DNA of 64,000 nt from Mayamaea pseudoterrestris. Lineage: Eukaryota. The notes under the pieces were generated by a model that worked only from the letters and a program-made list of their open reading frames with translations, was not told the origin of the DNA and searched no databases. Made by a program: the position numbers and the translations under genes. The DNA lies in the NCBI GenBank assembly GCA_027923505.1, contig BROI01000002.1:1116001-1180000 (forward strand), read 5' to 3'. Each line of letters opens with the position of its first letter. Position 1 is the first letter of the stretch. Shown one piece after another: positions 1-12,300 of the stretch.

Positions 1-13
1 GAGTCAAGAAACG

Positions 14-3000
14 ATGGCGAGTACTGCCGATGGCAGCAACAACTCGTCGTCGCCAGACAATTGTCAAGCACGACGAGAAACAGCAACGTTACCTTCGAGC
101 AGCAGCATCAGTACCTCCTCGCCATCAACGAGCAGTAAAGGTCAAGTCGAATTGAAGGAACAGATGTTCAAGGCTCGGGAGCAATCTTTTTCAGTGTCGA
201 GCCAAGCGGAGGATGGTTCGGCTGCATCGCAAAGCGCCACCAACTCAGCTTCTCTGACAATAAGGAGAGGCTTGAATGAGCCTTTGGAAAGCAGCATTAC
301 AGACGAGCAATTGCAGCTAGCTAGTCGAGGAAACAGCAATCAACAAAGCGAAGACGACAGTCAACATTCAAGGTCGTCGCTCATACAAGGCAGACATGTG
401 CGATTCAGTCAAGACAGCAGCAAGCTTGAAGATTGTAGCCAGGAGAGCCATTCTAGCAGTATGAGTAAAAATGGAAGCGAGTCTACTAGTCGAGGAAGCA
501 GACGCGACGGTTGCAGTCAGAGTCCTGCGACTCATTCCAGTCAAGTCTTTCCAGCCTCCAGGCGCACCAGCAGCAGTCAATCTACTAATGCATCGATGAC
601 TAGCTCTGCGTCGTCACTGCAATTGGCAAATACACAAAAGAATGTACCATGTCCTGCATTCATGGGCAATGCCGTATATGGTGCGGCACGCACGCCGTCG
701 GCTCGAGCAAAACTCAAAGAAATACAGCAAGAGCAGGAGCGAATGCATCGAAAACAAGACGAGCAAGAATCATCTTTGGCCGACGAGACATTAGCATCAA
801 TCAAAGCAAGGACGGATGCAGCAGCAGCCGCTTCGTCAACCCTTCCAATTTCAAGGGCGGGTCGACCACCTCGTCCGCCAGGATTGGCCAAGGCTTTAGC
901 AACGTCTTCAGTTACACAAACAAGTCCGAGCACGTCCGCCACCTCTCGCAAACGCAAGATTCGGTTGTTTCCAACAGAGCAGCTGCCGCCTCGAGTGCAT
1001 CAAATGCCCTCAACACATTATTTTCGTAGCATGCGCGCCGCCCAGCGAGCTGGCTCCTTTGAACTGCTTCGCGACGATGTAAGCGACATGATTGACACGA
1101 TTGTTTCATGCAGCGCCAGCTTGACCGATATCACGGTTTCTTTGACGACTCGCCGAAAATTACATGCGCTGAAACAAATGACTGCAGCTGCAACGGATCT
1201 GGCATTACTCGTCTCGAATCAGCAGAATCGCGCATGTCTGCATCGTGATATACGCATCATTGACCAGCTGCTCCAGTCGGTCTTGCCGGCGTTGGCGGAA
1301 ACGCTTGTAGATCAGCAGCAAGGACTTTGCCAGGCAGACGAAAACAAATCTGATTATGGAGACGCTGTTGGCATTGCCTCGCCTGGATCTATAAATGCTG
1401 AGGGCGATGAGTCGTCCACGGACACGAACCTTTTCAAGGAAATCGCCGAACTATACAAGTATACATGTTGTTTACTCCATTTTTTGACATTGGATTGTAC
1501 CTTGTCGCAGTTCAGTGTATCTGGCGATGGGGCTGGTCGGATACGTGATCTTTTTATGAATAATTCCGCCGTCTTGCAGGCAGTGGCCCAAATTGTCAGC
1601 ATTGATCCATTGCTCAGGAGACTACGCGGCAGAACTCGATCAGCATTGTCATCAACTGCCCTGTGTTCGCATGATTGCTCCATGCATATCGGTGGAAGTC
1701 AAGATAGCAATGGGAGTGGCCAGTATAGTCCGACGGCGTCGGCGTCGCCTTCTCCATCAGTGACGTCCTCACAAGCGAGTGACGATCCAACTGTTTCTGG
1801 ACGCATGCGGATTCGCGAACGTAAGCGTCAGCGACTTGAAGGCAGCAAAAGAGATGATTTAGACGACGACTTGAGCTTCAAGTCGGATTCTCCGGCACGC
1901 AGTGTCTCCGAGCTAATTGTGCCGACTCACGAGTCCAAAAACGTCGATACGATCATGATGCGTGTGGAAAGGTCTTTGTCGGTCGTAAGGACTTCCCCAG
2001 ATGCTTTTGGTAACATGCGCGACATGTCTCATGATGGCAAAGTGTGTAAATTATACGAGGAAGCGGCAGCTGGTGATGCCTTTCACAGCAGGCTGCCGCT
2101 TTTGGCGCTGACGCGAGTTGTGTTGGGTAAAATGGATGGCGCAGAGGAAACCCAAACATGCATTGATTACGACAATGCCGCCACTGTCGGGAGCAATGAA
2201 GACGACGACAACAATCCTTTGCTTCGGACAAACCGCTTGATTCGCGAAGGTGGCATTATCCCTCTGCTCGCCACGGCGTTGGTAGATGCACTCGTTGCCC
2301 TCTTGGACCATTTAAACCGAGGACTGGGAGCGTGTCGTGGGTGCTGCTTTTGGCTACAGCATCACATACACATATTTGTATCACTTTTAGATGGGGCCTG
2401 CTTGTTGGACGAGCTGAATCGGCAAACACTATGTCGAGAAGGCTTTTCGCAAGAATTTGGAGGAGGTCTTGTCGTTGCACTGAGTCAGTCGCTTGCCACA
2501 CTACTCGACAACGAAGTGCTACTTGACAGTTGCCTCTTCGGCGATGTATCACATGACCTTTTGAGTTTGCTGACGAGTTTGTCGCATGACAACGAAGTGG
2601 CTGCGAAGGAGTTGGATGAGCGCAGTAAGTCTGACCGTAATCGTCACGGACCAGGCACGCGCATCTTGGCTCGCATATTGCACCATGCAGCTAGTACTAT
2701 GCCAAAAAGTATCGACATCATAACTTGTGCAGAGAATGATCAGCAACGAAGAGAACGCGGAAAGATTGACAGGCTTCGATACGATGTGGCCATTTTTTGT
2801 CTGAACACGCTCGCCAATCTGGTTGAAGGCAAAGCGAGTCGTCTCTTGATTGCAGAGTCGACAGTGGTCCGCGAAAATGACAGCAACAACGAGGCGTTTG
2901 TGTCATGGCTGACCAGATGGTTGGTGCAACAAACTGAATCGTTTCAAGACGCTGTGACGGAAAGTACGTTTGGATCCTCGCCATCCAAGCATTCGCAACG

Positions 3001-3322
3001 GAATCTCACGGCTCGTGAACAGGAGAAGCTAATGATTGCCGGGAATGGATTTGTCCTTGTAGTGTGTCTTATGCTGGAAGAGTCGAACACTTCCAAAAGT
3101 GTGACAGACCGGCTGCGTGGGCTTGTCGTACTGGAACTTCCTGGTGAATGTTTGTCGGGCAAGGTGGCATTTATCAAAAACACGCTCAAGGCCTTTTGCA
3201 ACCTATATTACCTCAAGATTGGAGACTTGGCTGTCGCTGTTGTAGCTCCCGTCAAGGCGTTGATTGAGCGGTTGGAGGCTATTGAGTGGGAGGATACAAA
3301 CATTGTTGGTAATCGAACATGA
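14..3322 (+). CDS. WAPL: WAPL (wings-apart-like) cohesin release factor homolog
   Basis: 1102-aa ORF: long Ser-rich disordered N-terminus, then a helical domain with WAPL-like motifs in the expected order: 'GSFELLRDDVSDMIDTI', 'LLSLLTSLSHDNE', 'RYDVAIFCLNTLANLVE', 'EKLMIAGNGFVLVVCL'. Motif recall only. Confidence 0.7.
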   Translation: MASTADGSNNSSSPDNCQARRETATLPSSSSISTSSPSTSSKGQVELKEQMFKAREQSFSVSSQAEDGSAASQSATNSASLTIRRGLNEPLESSITDEQLQLASRGNSNQQSEDDSQHSRSSLIQGRHVRFSQDSSKLEDCSQESHSSSMSKNGSESTSRGSRRDGCSQSPATHSSQVFPASRRTSSSQSTNASMTSSASSLQLANTQKNVPCPAFMGNAVYGAARTPSARAKLKEIQQEQERMHRKQDEQESSLADETLASIKARTDAAAAASSTLPISRAGRPPRPPGLAKALATSSVTQTSPSTSATSRKRKIRLFPTEQLPPRVHQMPSTHYFRSMRAAQRAGSFELLRDDVSDMIDTIVSCSASLTDITVSLTTRRKLHALKQMTAAATDLALLVSNQQNRACLHRDIRIIDQLLQSVLPALAETLVDQQQGLCQADENKSDYGDAVGIASPGSINAEGDESSTDTNLFKEIAELYKYTCCLLHFLTLDCTLSQFSVSGDGAGRIRDLFMNNSAVLQAVAQIVSIDPLLRRLRGRTRSALSSTALCSHDCSMHIGGSQDSNGSGQYSPTASASPSPSVTSSQASDDPTVSGRMRIRERKRQRLEGSKRDDLDDDLSFKSDSPARSVSELIVPTHESKNVDTIMMRVERSLSVVRTSPDAFGNMRDMSHDGKVCKLYEEAAAGDAFHSRLPLLALTRVVLGKMDGAEETQTCIDYDNAATVGSNEDDDNNPLLRTNRLIREGGIIPLLATALVDALVALLDHLNRGLGACRGCCFWLQHHIHIFVSLLDGACLLDELNRQTLCREGFSQEFGGGLVVALSQSLATLLDNEVLLDSCLFGDVSHDLLSLLTSLSHDNEVAAKELDERSKSDRNRHGPGTRILARILHHAASTMPKSIDIITCAENDQQRRERGKIDRLRYDVAIFCLNTLANLVEGKASRLLIAESTVVRENDSNNEAFVSWLTRWLVQQTESFQDAVTESTFGSSPSKHSQRNLTAREQEKLMIAGNGFVLVVCLMLEESNTSKSVTDRLRGLVVLELPGECLSGKVAFIKNTLKAFCNLYYLKIGDLAVAVVAPVKALIERLEAIEWEDTNIVGNRT

Positions 3323-3573
3323 AAAAAGCAGAGGGATGCAAAATTTCTTGAAGAGGAAGCTCCAGTATTCGAACGCAGACACTGACTGTATAACTGCATA
3401 TTCTACTGATCATTGGTTGCCTAGATGAACTTATTAAGTGTCATGTATCGTTTCCTATGCCGCGACAAAACTGGTATCATAGGGGTAGTCCACCACTCAA
3501 TCAAACATGCTTTGTTTCATCGACGAGCGCAATAATAGCACGAGCAACCAGCGGAAGGCACTTCCATCATTGA

Positions 3574-4512
3574 CTATTTGAAAGCGTAAGGCTTGGTCAA
3601 AACCTTGGTAAAGGCGGCAATTTTGTCGCCCTGCTTGGGAGGCAATGGAGCAATAGTACGCACTGGGAGCACAAATTCAGCACCATTTTTCGTCAACATT
3701 GTGTTCTCCTTCGCCATTGTTTGCTTTGCAAGCATCTTGTCCTCCTCCTTCTTCTTTTGCTCCTTTACCTTTTCAAGTTCCGTCTGCAACTCGACAATCT
3801 TGGAGCCGCGCGCTCGACACGCCGTCTTGAAAAGCTCGAGTTGCTTCTCGAGCTTCTTGATTGATGCAACATAGTCAGAGTTGCGCAGATTCTGCTCCTC
3901 AATCTTTTTGGTCAGCTGCTGAATGACCATTTCTGTAGCTTCTTCTTCCGAGACTAGCTGGTCTCGCTTTTTGATCATGTCAGCGACTTTCTTCTTCGCC
4001 GCAGCCACTGGGTTGGCATCCTTGGTCTTGCTCAATAGCGAAAATAAATTCTTATTGGCAATGATTCTGCCTTCAGAACCACGCATGCTATTCTCCAAAT
4101 CTTGCTTCAATTGATCAACTTCCGTCATTAGATCAACGACCATCTCACGAAGAAACAAGTGCTCCTCCTCCTTGCTTTTACCAGCCAGCAACATGTCAAT
4201 CACCTCCATAAACGGCGACTCCAGCACCGAAAGGTCTGAAACAACAGATGACGCTGAAGACGGACTGATGAGAACAGATCCAGCAGCTGCAGCGAGTTCG
4301 TCCCAGGTCTTCTTTTTAGACGAGGAGCTGCTAGCGATTGAATTGTGGTCGTCATCGTCAATGCTTGATACAACTGGAGGCATGAGCATCATGGCGTCAC
4401 TCATTTCCGGAGCGTCGGCGTCGCTACAAATGACCTCGACGGCTCCACTCATAGAACCGTCACGCAGGGAAAGGCTGGGCAAGTCGCCGCTCTCGAAAGG
4501 ATAGCTTCTCAT
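3574..4512 (-). CDS. Hypothetical coiled-coil protein
   Basis: 312-aa ATG-initiated ORF with acidic/Ser-rich N-terminus and long K/E/Q heptad-rich segment. Confidence 0.75.
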   Translation of the reverse strand: MRSYPFESGDLPSLSLRDGSMSGAVEVICSDADAPEMSDAMMLMPPVVSSIDDDDHNSIASSSSSKKKTWDELAAAAGSVLISPSSASSVVSDLSVLESPFMEVIDMLLAGKSKEEEHLFLREMVVDLMTEVDQLKQDLENSMRGSEGRIIANKNLFSLLSKTKDANPVAAAKKKVADMIKKRDQLVSEEEATEMVIQQLTKKIEEQNLRNSDYVASIKKLEKQLELFKTACRARGSKIVELQTELEKVKEQKKKEEDKMLAKQTMAKENTMLTKNGAEFVLPVRTIAPLPPKQGDKIAAFTKVLTKPYAFK

Positions 4513-5005
4513 GGTGACAATGCTTGATGCTGATGAAGTGTGAAACGTCGAGGTTTCAAAGCGGTTGTGTTTGGTATCTTCGTCTATGTAGTGAGTCTTG
4601 GTGCGACACTAAAATCCGAGGCAGCCGGTCCAATTTGTCACGGAATTGATCCGGGACCCAGCGAGCTACCTAACGACTGCCTAATATTGGTCAATGGACC
4701 CACTGCAGTTATGCGATTCAAAAGTTTTTATGTTGTATAAAAGTTCAGACTATGTACAGTAGTTGGATTCTTTTTATTGCTGGCTTTTTGGCGTCTTCAA
4801 ATTGGCATGCAAGCAGACAGCCATCATTGTCAACCGCATCCTATCATCTATACCATCTATTGACAGTGTCAATATGCCCACGTCATTTCTACAAACAATG
4901 GTTTATCAAGCGATTGCTTACTTTATTTATGTAACTCGTTCAGTATGAACATGCCGGTTAATACTTGGAGGTAAACATGCACGCAATGTCGCGCACTTGT
5001 GCGAC

Positions 5006-5527
5006 CTACTTGGCATACGCTGACACATATTCGACCACGCCCGTCTTGGTATTCATTCTCGTCTTCTTAATGTTACGCAGTTGCTTCTTCGACAAAGCCT
5101 TCATGGTCAAGCCCACCTTATTTGGATTGAGCTTTTGTACCGAAGCTTGCATTGTCTTGAACTCATTCTCAGCGCGACGCTTTTCGTTTTCGAGCCGTCG
5201 TTCCTTCTTCAATAACATTGACTTAATCTTTTCTTGCTTGAGTGTTTCTTGTAGTTCCTTTGCTTCCGCTTTGGCTCGCTTCAAAGCCTCCTTCTTGTCC
5301 CAGTCCGTGGCCAAATTGTTGAGCTTGTTTTTCACCAAGGTGGACGCTCGCTTTTGCGGCCGCATCTTCCAGCTTCGTCCCGAGACATTTCGTCCTTTCT
5401 CCTTGCGTGTCTCGTCCATCTGGTCCAGTATGTTTCCTTCCAGTATTTGCTTGTGAAGATTGGCCAAAACTTCGTCGCTTGGAGCGTCCGAGTGATTGCG
5501 AGCTGTAGATGCTACGAGTGTCGTCAT
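5006..5527 (-). CDS. Cgr1/CCDC86-like nucleolar rRNA-processing protein
   Basis: Basic coiled-coil protein with 'GRNVSGRSWK', 'RRAENE' and 'KKQLRNIKK' motifs typical of Cgr1/CCDC86. Likely start is the ATG at 5527 (MTTLVAS), not the ORF-track start at 5845. Confidence 0.75.
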   Translation of the reverse strand: MTTLVASTARNHSDAPSDEVLANLHKQILEGNILDQMDETRKEKGRNVSGRSWKMRPQKRASTLVKNKLNNLATDWDKKEALKRAKAEAKELQETLKQEKIKSMLLKKERRLENEKRRAENEFKTMQASVQKLNPNKVGLTMKALSKKQLRNIKKTRMNTKTGVVEYVSAYAK

Positions 5528-7241
5528 GCTTGCGCCTCTTTCACGCGTGAATCTTTCTAAGATGTCTACGTTATTCAATGAAAAAGAGTCGTAACGGTCG
5601 ATGACGCAATGCTGTGGTAGTCGCGACGAAGTAATCCATCGGCCATGTCCATGCGCAGCGACGGTACGGTACGAAAGAACAAAAAGCAACGAATGGTGCG
5701 CGCGTCGGTTGGTTTCTGTCGCACCGGTTCTGTCACGCTTTCGGTTCCGCGTCGTCCACCCCCTCACCATGGCGACGAGACGCGAGACACGACACTTGTT
5801 CATGAATGGACCCTCACCTCTATGCCCGTTCAGCCGGCGAGCCACATGACCAAGTGCATGTTATGTTACAGGCACTACGAGCGTTGACGCACATGCGACG
5901 ACGGTAAACGGACGGCATGCCGCATGCCTGCAGTCTGCCTTCCTTGCATGACTCCTTCCTACTTGCTCTTTGCAAGCAAAGCTAGTAGAAACGTCTCTAA
6001 TCGATGCTTATAAATCTGCGATTGGGGCTCTTTGAGGCATTGCACCTTCTCAATCACCATGACGATTCGCAAGAGTCGGTGTTACTCGCCTCGCGCGCGC
6101 GACGCTCGACGCCGTTCTTTGGTAGCGGCAGCTTGGTCGACAGCACTGGCAAAAGGGAAGAAAAATGGAATGATTTGTGTCGAGGCAATACAATGCTTAC
6201 TCACCAAGAGTAATTGGCTGTATATAGCAATGGCGTATTTGGGTATACTCTTGAAGAACGTTACGACTTCATCATCATTCAAAATGATTCGTCATCACCT
6301 ACAAAACCAACACGCTAATGACGGCCATCAGCGATTGCCAAGACTCGCAGATCGAACCAAATTAGAGAAATCCGAATGATATACAACTTTGTAACGCTTC
6401 ACGTGGCAAGTGTCTGCCTTGTTCAGCTACTATTGGTGCTGGACCATGACTTGACACGAAACGACGGCCTAACTTTCAAGTTGAAATTCACTGTCTTTGA
6501 AAACTCAAACGATGGTTTGGGCAAGCGAGATGAAGTGTAACTGCCCCATCACTATTTTCGAACCTTACTTGTGAGGATTGGGCGAAAATTCTAGCACTGG
6601 AATGCATTTGCTACTGTTCACGCGGACGAATCGATGGTATTCGACACTGCGCCGATCCAGTTACTCAGCAGCAAGCGGAAAGCAGCCACGATCGTTAAGG
6701 ATTGCTACTTCTCGATTCACCACTCGCAAGCAGTGCTGACCGGTTGCGAATAGATGAATTCGCTGCTATGCTCTCATCGGCGTTACTCGTCACAACAGGA
6801 AAGAAGCGCTAGCGGTCATATCGAGGGGTTTGCGAAACAAACCTACAGGAAGCTGCAGTGGCCTGAACGAGTGGAACGACGTCGACGATGGACTGGCAAA
6901 GCGAATCACAGAGCTACCGCACTACGATGGGCGACGTTCCTTTTGCTGTCGACAAGTTGCTTGCGTCGCGCTGGTTGAGGGTGCGAGAAAATTGCAACAC
7001 GATCGTCAAGGCGACGTTCGACAAACTCTCCAAGAAACGGCCCTCATTTATAAAAGGTTTGCTCGTCAAGTGTTTAGAAAGTAAGATTTCATAATTCGCA
7101 AACGCATTGCATGGCAGTTCCGCGAATTTAATTACAAACAAGTAACCCTTAAAATACTCGTATGAGCCCTTGCAATCTACCAACAAAGACGCTAATCTGG
7201 GCACAGCAAACGAGTCGCTCTCCTCTTGAAAATAATAGGAT

Positions 7242-9101
7242 TCATAACACACAGCCCCCCGGGCGTAGGCCAACCTTCCGTACTTCATTTGCAGTAGACT
7301 CCTCATTTTCTTCATCGTCCCAAGCGCATTCCGTAATACCCAAGCCAGCTCGTAAAGTTTGCTGTTGCTCCTTGATGGAATCCACTACGTTTCGCGTGGA
7401 AAAGCTGTCTTCACTCGCTTTTGTGATATCTAGCAGCGCACCAAAGTATTCGAACCAGCCAGTTTTAATTGCCAAGTGCTCGTCACGTTGCCTAAAGTAA
7501 TCATCATGTTCTGCTTCGCCCATTGACGACAAAATCATGCAAAGAATCTGATCTAATAAAGTCAGCTGCCCTCCAATGTCAATTGCGTCATTTTCCCTTT
7601 CATGGCCAATTGTTTCATTTGCTTCTCCTTCCTCCTCGTCTTGCCACTGTTCTTCCTGCAGCGACTCAATGAGCTCATCAACGTGTTCCACTTTATCTCG
7701 CAGCGACGCAATAATTGCCAATGTACCCTTGTGCTCGTTTGATGTGAGAGATTCACGCACCGATTCTCGTTCATTTGTAAATTGCTCCGCAGCGCTTCGT
7801 CGTTGCTCCAAGCGATCAAGCTCTCTGTTATATTGCTTCACTTTGCGTCGCTCTCGTCGCTTTTCTACTCGCAGCGAGACTGTATCAATTGCTTCTTGTT
7901 GGAAGGTTGCAGCCGTAGCCGTGGTAACGTATTGTTGCATTCCCATACCTTGGTTGACCTCGTCATCACTTAAAAAATTGGTTTGATCGTCACTGCTACT
8001 GCTGCTGCTGCAATTGTGAGCTGACGAATCACTAAGAAGGGCTTGCTGGTCATCCTCTACCTCAGCTTCATTGCTTGTCCACGTGAGTAGAAGTGACGAC
8101 AAGGGTTGCTCCGCCTCGACAACACTGCTATCATCTAGTCCTCCACCCACACCCATGATATCGGCCAAGCGCCTCTGCTGCAACGCAACTTTCACTAGCT
8201 CATCTCGTTGTTGCTCGTATTTTTCAACCTTTTGCTCCGCCATTCCTATACGCAAGTCAAATGCTTGCCGAACTTGATACAATTGATTTAGCTGTGCTTG
8301 TCGCCGGCGCGTCTTCCATTCAATCAATTGGCGGTGCTGAACCCAATCCTGTAGTAGCGTTCGAAGCTGATACTTCCAAACAATGTCACGATGGCATTTT
8401 CGCAAGAGCTGGAACAAGCGATCGACAATAGGTATCGCATGCGCACTGGCAACAACATTCCAAAGTACCTGGGTTGTCATGAGCGATGGAACTTGCGAGT
8501 CTTGACCATCATCATCACCATCATCAACTTCTTCTGCAGCACCAACAGTATCAGCAGCAGCATTCAAAGCATCATCTGGTTCAACAGTAAATTGCTGTGG
8601 ATAGTCCATGATGATCTGGTGAAGCGTGTCAGAGACGGATTTAAGCGCGGCATGGATGCCGTTTGAAATGTCTTTCTCGCCATGTCCAGCCACTCCAAGC
8701 TCAAATAGCTCACGGGCCGTTCTAATAAACGTACGGCTTGGGCATTCGTCGCATTGAAACGCTTCATGCAGCTGCTGCTTGAGCTGCGCAATTTCCACTA
8801 TGCTCGAAGCTGGAAAGCCTTGCAGCTTGACAATGTCAATGACAATGACTGGCGTCGAGGAAGCGGTAACTGCAGATATTGGGAGAGGATATGGAAGAGC
8901 CGCTACAGTCTCTTCCGCGCCATAGCTATTTGGTGGACTGAATGCCGCAGTAGAATTGCTATCGTCTACCGGTAGTGGTAGTCCAGTCGGATGCAAGGGA
9001 ATAATTTGGTTCCATGCGTCATCGGCTTCTTGCGGTTGCGCTTGCCGTCTTCGAAGCGAGGCAGCTACATCAGGCGGTATCTCTAGCTCAATGCCTTTCA
9101 T
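7242..9101 (-). CDS. Hypothetical coiled-coil protein
   Basis: ~620-aa uninterrupted ORF (first ATG 9101, MKGIELE) with acidic tracts and charged helical segments; no family recognised. Confidence 0.75.
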   Translation of the reverse strand: MKGIELEIPPDVAASLRRRQAQPQEADDAWNQIIPLHPTGLPLPVDDSNSTAAFSPPNSYGAEETVAALPYPLPISAVTASSTPVIVIDIVKLQGFPASSIVEIAQLKQQLHEAFQCDECPSRTFIRTARELFELGVAGHGEKDISNGIHAALKSVSDTLHQIIMDYPQQFTVEPDDALNAAADTVGAAEEVDDGDDDGQDSQVPSLMTTQVLWNVVASAHAIPIVDRLFQLLRKCHRDIVWKYQLRTLLQDWVQHRQLIEWKTRRRQAQLNQLYQVRQAFDLRIGMAEQKVEKYEQQRDELVKVALQQRRLADIMGVGGGLDDSSVVEAEQPLSSLLLTWTSNEAEVEDDQQALLSDSSAHNCSSSSSSDDQTNFLSDDEVNQGMGMQQYVTTATAATFQQEAIDTVSLRVEKRRERRKVKQYNRELDRLEQRRSAAEQFTNERESVRESLTSNEHKGTLAIIASLRDKVEHVDELIESLQEEQWQDEEEGEANETIGHERENDAIDIGGQLTLLDQILCMILSSMGEAEHDDYFRQRDEHLAIKTGWFEYFGALLDITKASEDSFSTRNVVDSIKEQQQTLRAGLGITECAWDDEENEESTANEVRKVGLRPGGCVL

Positions 9102-9391
9102 CTTCTTTTGCTGGTGCTGGATGTTGCAGCTAATCAAAGAAATTAAGGTGCTCGTCGTTCACTCGTTTGCTCGTGATGTTGTGGTCGTCACAAAATCAGT
9201 GGCTCTCTGCTTCATTGTCGCAGAGGTTATGCTACGCGTGTTTCACCGCACGCGTTGGAGCACTGCTGGCGCACAGTTACTTAAGCGCGCCGGGCTAGCC
9301 ATGGTTAGTTAGGTCGCTGCACAAGCGATGAGTGCGATGATCAAAGGCAAGGCCGTCGAGAATTTACCGCACCTTCTTGGACATCATCACG

Positions 9392-12300
9392 ATGAATAAC
9401 ATCACTACCATGGCAAGACCTTTGAGGAATGCGCAATTTCGCATGGATCATGACATGGATACTTTTACCGGTCGGAACAATCAACCTGAAGCGACAGCAA
9501 GGAGAACGATTAGTCGGAATCGGAGTTCTTCTAGCGGAACAAGCAACCAAAGCAGCAGCATGGGATTGACAAGGTCGGATGAATCCGATTCTTTATTCCT
9601 TTTGAATGCATACAGCTTGAATGAGGATCAAACAAATCAGTTGCAGCAGCATCCACCGACGAGCACATCAGGGTCATCATCAACGACAACGATTTCCTAC
9701 TCGCAGCACAATGTAATTACTTTTGCTGGAAAAGAAGATGCTTTCTCAACACTAGCACTTGGACTATCAGCCTACCAAAAGGCCACGGAAACGGCAAAAC
9801 GAGAAGGCAGGACAGACCAGGAGGCACTTGTGTCGTATGGCACTGCGCTTGAATACTTTGAGGCTGCTCTACGTCATCTTGAGGCTGAAAACCAACAGAA
9901 TCGCAACAATCAACTTCAGATATCCAACAGCAGAACCATTGCAATCATTCACCAGGCTCTGTGTATTGCAGCCATGGGACAGCTACTGCGACCGACGAAT
10001 ATTACGACCGCGCTTGCTATGTGGGACCAGGCGCTTGAATGTTTGGAGCAGGGGCTGACTGATCTGCAACGGAGAAGTCAGCGATATGATCCTCCATCGG
10101 CAATAAACAATAATCCACCGGTATCCGTCGGCTGTCTTGAAGCGGTATTCGTGGAACTTGTACGGAGTAAGACGTTGACGCTACTTTCGCTCCTTCCGAC
10201 CGTTTCGCAAGACACAAGTCCGCTCCAAAGACAGAAATTACAGCAGCAGTACGAGGAATTAGTAGACTGCAACACGCAAGCACTGCGTTTTCTGTTAGAT
10301 ATTCGGCACTTTGAGCAAATCAGATGTTTAATTAATACCAAAGATGCACCTGCGGACACATTTACGTACAAGTGTCTCTCGCTGGAGCAACATTCTCTAT
10401 TGCTCATGGAAACGGTCAAACAGCTCATTCAGCATAATGCGCAGCAGAGGCGAATGAAACCAATGAAAGTAAATGACACTTACTTGCGGCCGGAAGAAGA
10501 ACCAGTGTGGATACAACGGGCTGAACAAGCATTGCATGTGTTACAAACGCGTCAATACGAACTTACTAAACCTCAGCGACGTGTTGTGGCGATGATTCAG
10601 GAAGAAATGTCGCACGTTTACCTTCAATTTTATGATTTGGAACGAGGGAGTCAAGCCATGGTGGATGCGTGTGACTTGCTACTCGGAGATCAGCAAAGTC
10701 CACCGTCAGAATGGCTTGACCGGATGGAATACTTTGGACATTTGCTCGAGCGAGAAGCAACATCGGACGCCACCCATAATTTGGATGTGATCGACGTGGA
10801 TGCAGCGGGTACCTTGGAACTTGCTATGGCATGCTACGAGAAAGCGCTTTTGCTTCGCAATCAGTCGGGGTTGCTGCTAAAGGCTGAGCGAGACACTACG
10901 GCAAGCGCTCATCACGACTTGGCCGTCGCGAACGCACTCTCCCTCGTGGCTCGAGTTATGCAGCTCCAGGGGAATTACGAGGGATCCACTGATATATTTC
11001 GAGCGGCTCACGCCATCTACGCTCGACAAAGGAACTATGCAGTCCTGGCGACCGTCGCCGAAGACGCCTTGTTGCATGGACGATGGGATCAGGCCGTAGC
11101 CGTGTTGTCGCAGTGCGTGGAATTAGCCGAATGCGAGTCTGCAACACAAGGGACCAGTAGAGAGAACGAGTCGACGCAGTTGGACAAGTCATTCATTTAC
11201 TTCACGTTGGCGAAGGCTTACGTCGGACGGTGTGACTATGTCTCCGCCACCATGTGCCTCATGGAGGCAGATAAGCACGATGGGCGAATTGCTAAGTCGT
11301 CTATACATGCTCTCCTGCATCAAGTCGAATTTCTGCGCCGAGAAGATTACAAGGGGGAGTTGGAAGACGGAAGTTTTGACGATTTTAATAATAGGGACCC
11401 GTATAGCGACCAACGCTCTGTCACCAATAGTGGATCTTATGCTGCGGAGAGCTACGGAGATGACGACGAGGGCACTGCTTTTTACGACAGTGAGTCGATC
11501 TCTGCATTTAATCCTACTATTGGCAAGGGTCTTGCACCGAGTACATTGAAGGATTTTTGCACGGGTGTCCATGTGATTCTGGATTTACCTGAGGATCTGT
11601 CGCCGTCGAAAGGCTTGCAACAAACGCCTGATCGAAGCTATGGATCTGATAGGGTGAGCGAGAAGAAAAGTATGGATGATGAACATCCGCCTCTGCCAGT
11701 TATTAGCCCCGATGCTTCCTATCAAGAAGAAAACAATAAACCTCCTTCGAGTCCCATGAGCGCAATTTACGCGCAGCGACTCAAAATGAACGCGTCCCTT
11801 GACAAAGGAAGTTCACACTCTGCCCCGAACCTGATGAGGCGATTTAAATCACCTCTACGCGGGAGGAAGGATCAAAGCAGTGTCGGAGAGTCATCCCAGA
11901 GGTCTGGACTGGCAAAGGCTATCGCAAATACCTTCAAATTTGCTAATCGTAATGACAACTTGAAAATTCCTCCTTCTGGGAGAGACGCGAGCAAGTCGAG
12001 AGACGGGCGATCAAATACACGAGGAATGGCGAGTCATCCTTTAGAGGATGAGTTTCATGCTGCAGTCGACATCACCGAAATCCCGTCGGGGCCTCTGGAT
12101 ACTATCGAAATTCCTCAGACCATGTCCTTTGATTCCGATATTTCCTCCATCACGATGCGACTTGACGTCCCAAATACTCCGAAGGGTAGTGGGCAGGACT
12201 TTTGGTGGGGTGTGACAGCAGAAGGACTCGGACGATGGCTACCCACAGTCGTGACCACTGCCGTAGAAGTGGCTGAAGGTTTTCTTTCTGCTCGGTCCAT

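Noticed and set aside
5528..5845. N-terminal extension of the 279-aa ORF
   Set aside because: Upstream part reads like promoter/UTR sequence; the family-like region starts after the ATG at 5527.
6000..7100. Short ORFs that might be a decayed gene
   Set aside because: Fragmented frames with no recognisable motif; cannot be supported without a search.
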